Shown here piece after piece: positions 35,095 through 37,228 of a stretch of DNA of 37,228 nucleotides. The first letter of the stretch is position 1; each line of letters opens with the position of its first letter. Made by a program: the position numbers and the translations under genes. The DNA is taken from contig JAUCBJ010005559.1 in the NCBI GenBank assembly GCA_032718475.1, positions 1 through 37,228 on the forward strand, read 5' to 3'. The notes beneath the pieces were generated by a model, which saw only the letters and a program-made list of their open reading frames with translations, made no database searches and was not told the DNA's origin. This DNA comes from Nemertoderma westbladi. Lineage: Eukaryota; Animalia; Xenacoelomorpha.

Positions 35095-36128
35095 GTGCCA
35101 GTTCCCAAGAAGGGCAACCTAACACTCTATGGTTCTTTTCGGGGAATCTCATTGATCTCGATTGCTGCAAAGCTATACAATAGGATTCTATTAAATCGCA
35201 TCAGGGATCCCATTGAGAGACTGCTCCGTGGAAATCAGAATGGGTTCCGTAAAGGTCGTGGGACCATGGAGCCCATTTTGGCACTTAGAAGGATAATTGA
35301 AGAGTTATCAAAAAAGAAAGACAGGCATCTGGCTGTTATCTTTGTTGACTTCTTCAAGGCCTTTGATTCAGTCTCTCGCTCACGTATGTTCAGCATACTT
35401 TCATTATATGGGATTCCTGATGAAATTATTGCAGCAATCAGATCAGTATACGATGGTTCGACAACATTTGTGTCTACTGTTGACGGTGACACAGAACCAT
35501 TTGAAGTGTTATGGGGCGTCCTCCAAGGAGACACACTTGCACCATTCTTGTTCATTATTGTGGTTGACTATGTTCTACGCATGTCCTTAGATCATTATAA
35601 TGATGATGGGGTGATGATAACTCCACCTACTGGCTCCAGAAGTCGAGGAAATCCTGCCAAGTACCTAACTGATCTAGACTTTGCTGCTGACTTAGGAGTA
35701 CTCTCAGAATCATTAGAGGGAGCCCAACGGCTCATCAGCTCACCTCATGCTGCTTCTAGTGTTGGTCTTTTTATTAACTCCAGAAAGACCAAAATTCTGA
35801 CAGTTAACTTTGAAAGTCCTCAGCAAGTCTCTGATCGGATGAGCATAAGCTCAAAGGATGGTATGCTTGAGCATGTGGACGACTTCTGTTACCTGGGATC
35901 ATGGATCCGGAAGTCAGGTGAGGACCTTCGAATACGTAAGGGAAAGGCATGGGCAGCCTTGAATAGGCTTTCCAGGATTTGGAAGTCACCGAGAATAAAT
36001 CGGAAACTTAAGGTCCGATTATTTAGAGCAGCAGTAGTTCCAGTACTCCTCTACGGGAGTCCATGCTGGGCTCTAACTGCTGAGGACACCAAATCTCTGG
36101 ATGGCACATTCACAAGAATGCTACGCCG
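35095..36128 (+). pseudogene. RT-domain fragment of RTE-like LINE family A, second copy (FAAD)
   Basis: Duplicate of 31337-32370 with two amino-acid differences (RLLSS/RLISS; NRLPR/NRLSR). Confidence 0.9.
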
Positions 36129-37228
36129 ATAGAGTTTATAGATAAGTAATAGAGTTAGTAGATAAATAATAATAGATTTAATAGATAAATAATAGAGTTA
36201 GTAGATAAATAATATAGTTAATAGATAAATAATAGAGTTAATAGATAAATAATATAGTTAATAGATAAATAATAATAGATTTAATAGATAAATAATAGAG
36301 TTAGTAGATAAATGATATCGTTAATAGATAAATAATAGAGTTAATAGATAAATAATAGAGTTAATAGATAAATAATAATAGATTTAATAGATAAATAATA
36401 GAGTTAGTAGATAAATAATATAGTTAATAGATAAATAATAGAGTTAATAGATAAATAATAGAGTTAATAGATAAATAATAATAGATTTAATAGATAAATA
36501 ATAGAGTTAGTAGATAAATGATATAGTTAATAGATAAATAATAGAGTTAATAGATAAATAATAGAGTTAGTAGATAAATGATAGAGACAATGGATAAATA
36601 ATAGAGTTAATAGATAAATAATAGAGTTAGTAGATAAATAATATAGTTAATAGATAAATAATAGAGTTAATAGATAAATAATAGAGTTAATAGATAAATA
36701 CTAAGAGATTTAATAGATAAATAATAGAGTTAGTAGATAAATGATAGAGTTAATAGATAAATAATAATAGATTTAATAGATAAATAATAGAGTTAGTAGA
36801 TAAATGATAGAGACAATGGATAAATAATAGAGTTAATAGATAAATAATAATAGATTTAATAGATAAATAATAGAGTTAGTAGATAAATAATATAGTTAAT
36901 AGATAAATAATATAGTTAATATATAAATAATAGAGTTAATAGATAAATAATAATAGATTTAATAGATAAATAATAGAGTTAGTAGATAAATGATATAGTT
37001 AATAGATAAATAATAGAGTTAATAGATAAATAATAGAGTTAGTAGATAAATGATAGAGACAATGGATAAATAATAGAGTTAATAGATAAATAATAGAGTT
37101 AGTAGATAAATAATATAGTTAATAGATAAATAATAGAGTTAATAGATAAATAATAGAGTTAATAGATAAATAATAATAGATTTAATAGATAAATAATAGA
37201 GTTAGTAGATAAATGATAGAGACAATGG
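36129..37228. repeat. 20-bp minisatellite, array 3 (runs off window)
   Basis: Same monomer and variant order as the start of array 2. Confidence 0.95.

Larger units (their letters stand above)
28593..37228. repeat. ~3.76-kb composite tandem repeat (satellite + unknown 750-bp segment + two LINE fragments), at least 2.3 units
   Basis: Units are 28593-32370 (3778 bp), 32371-36128 (3758 bp) and 36129-end. ORFs recur at an offset of 3758. The junction CTACGCCG|ATAGAG is identical in both cases. Confidence 0.95.

Overview
This is eukaryotic, most likely invertebrate animal, genomic DNA rather than prokaryotic. It carries four conserved genes. Three have intron-free coding regions: a RETREG/FAM134 ER-phagy receptor (8752-9861 +) and a divergent pair, TXNDC5/ERp46-like (21267-22496 -) and MFSD11/UNC93-like (23141-24529 +). 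The fourth is the 930-bp last exon of INTS10 (26827-27756 -). The rest is nested repeats: a BEL/Pao LTR remnant, CACTA-like and Kolobok-like non-autonomous DNA elements, RTE-like and CRE-like LINE fragments, and seven minisatellite families (16, 20, 21, 21, 22, 24 and 41 bp). The long ORFs at 4.4-6.1, 14.2-18 and 19.2-20.5 kb are artefacts of these repeats. The most unusual observation is the inferred INTS10 intron (>9.4 kb). It is built from a 20-bp satellite whose sense strand is a tandem branch point (TTAAC/TACTAAC) plus U-rich tract, and whose terminal monomer forms the acceptor itself (…TTTATCAG). This array has been re-amplified, together with two head-to-head LINE fragments, as a young ~3.76-kb composite tandem repeat. 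A second satellite just downstream of TXNDC5 is a polymer of G-quadruplex plus 5'-splice-site (GGGTAAGT) motifs. All family assignments come from motif recognition by eye; no searches were run.
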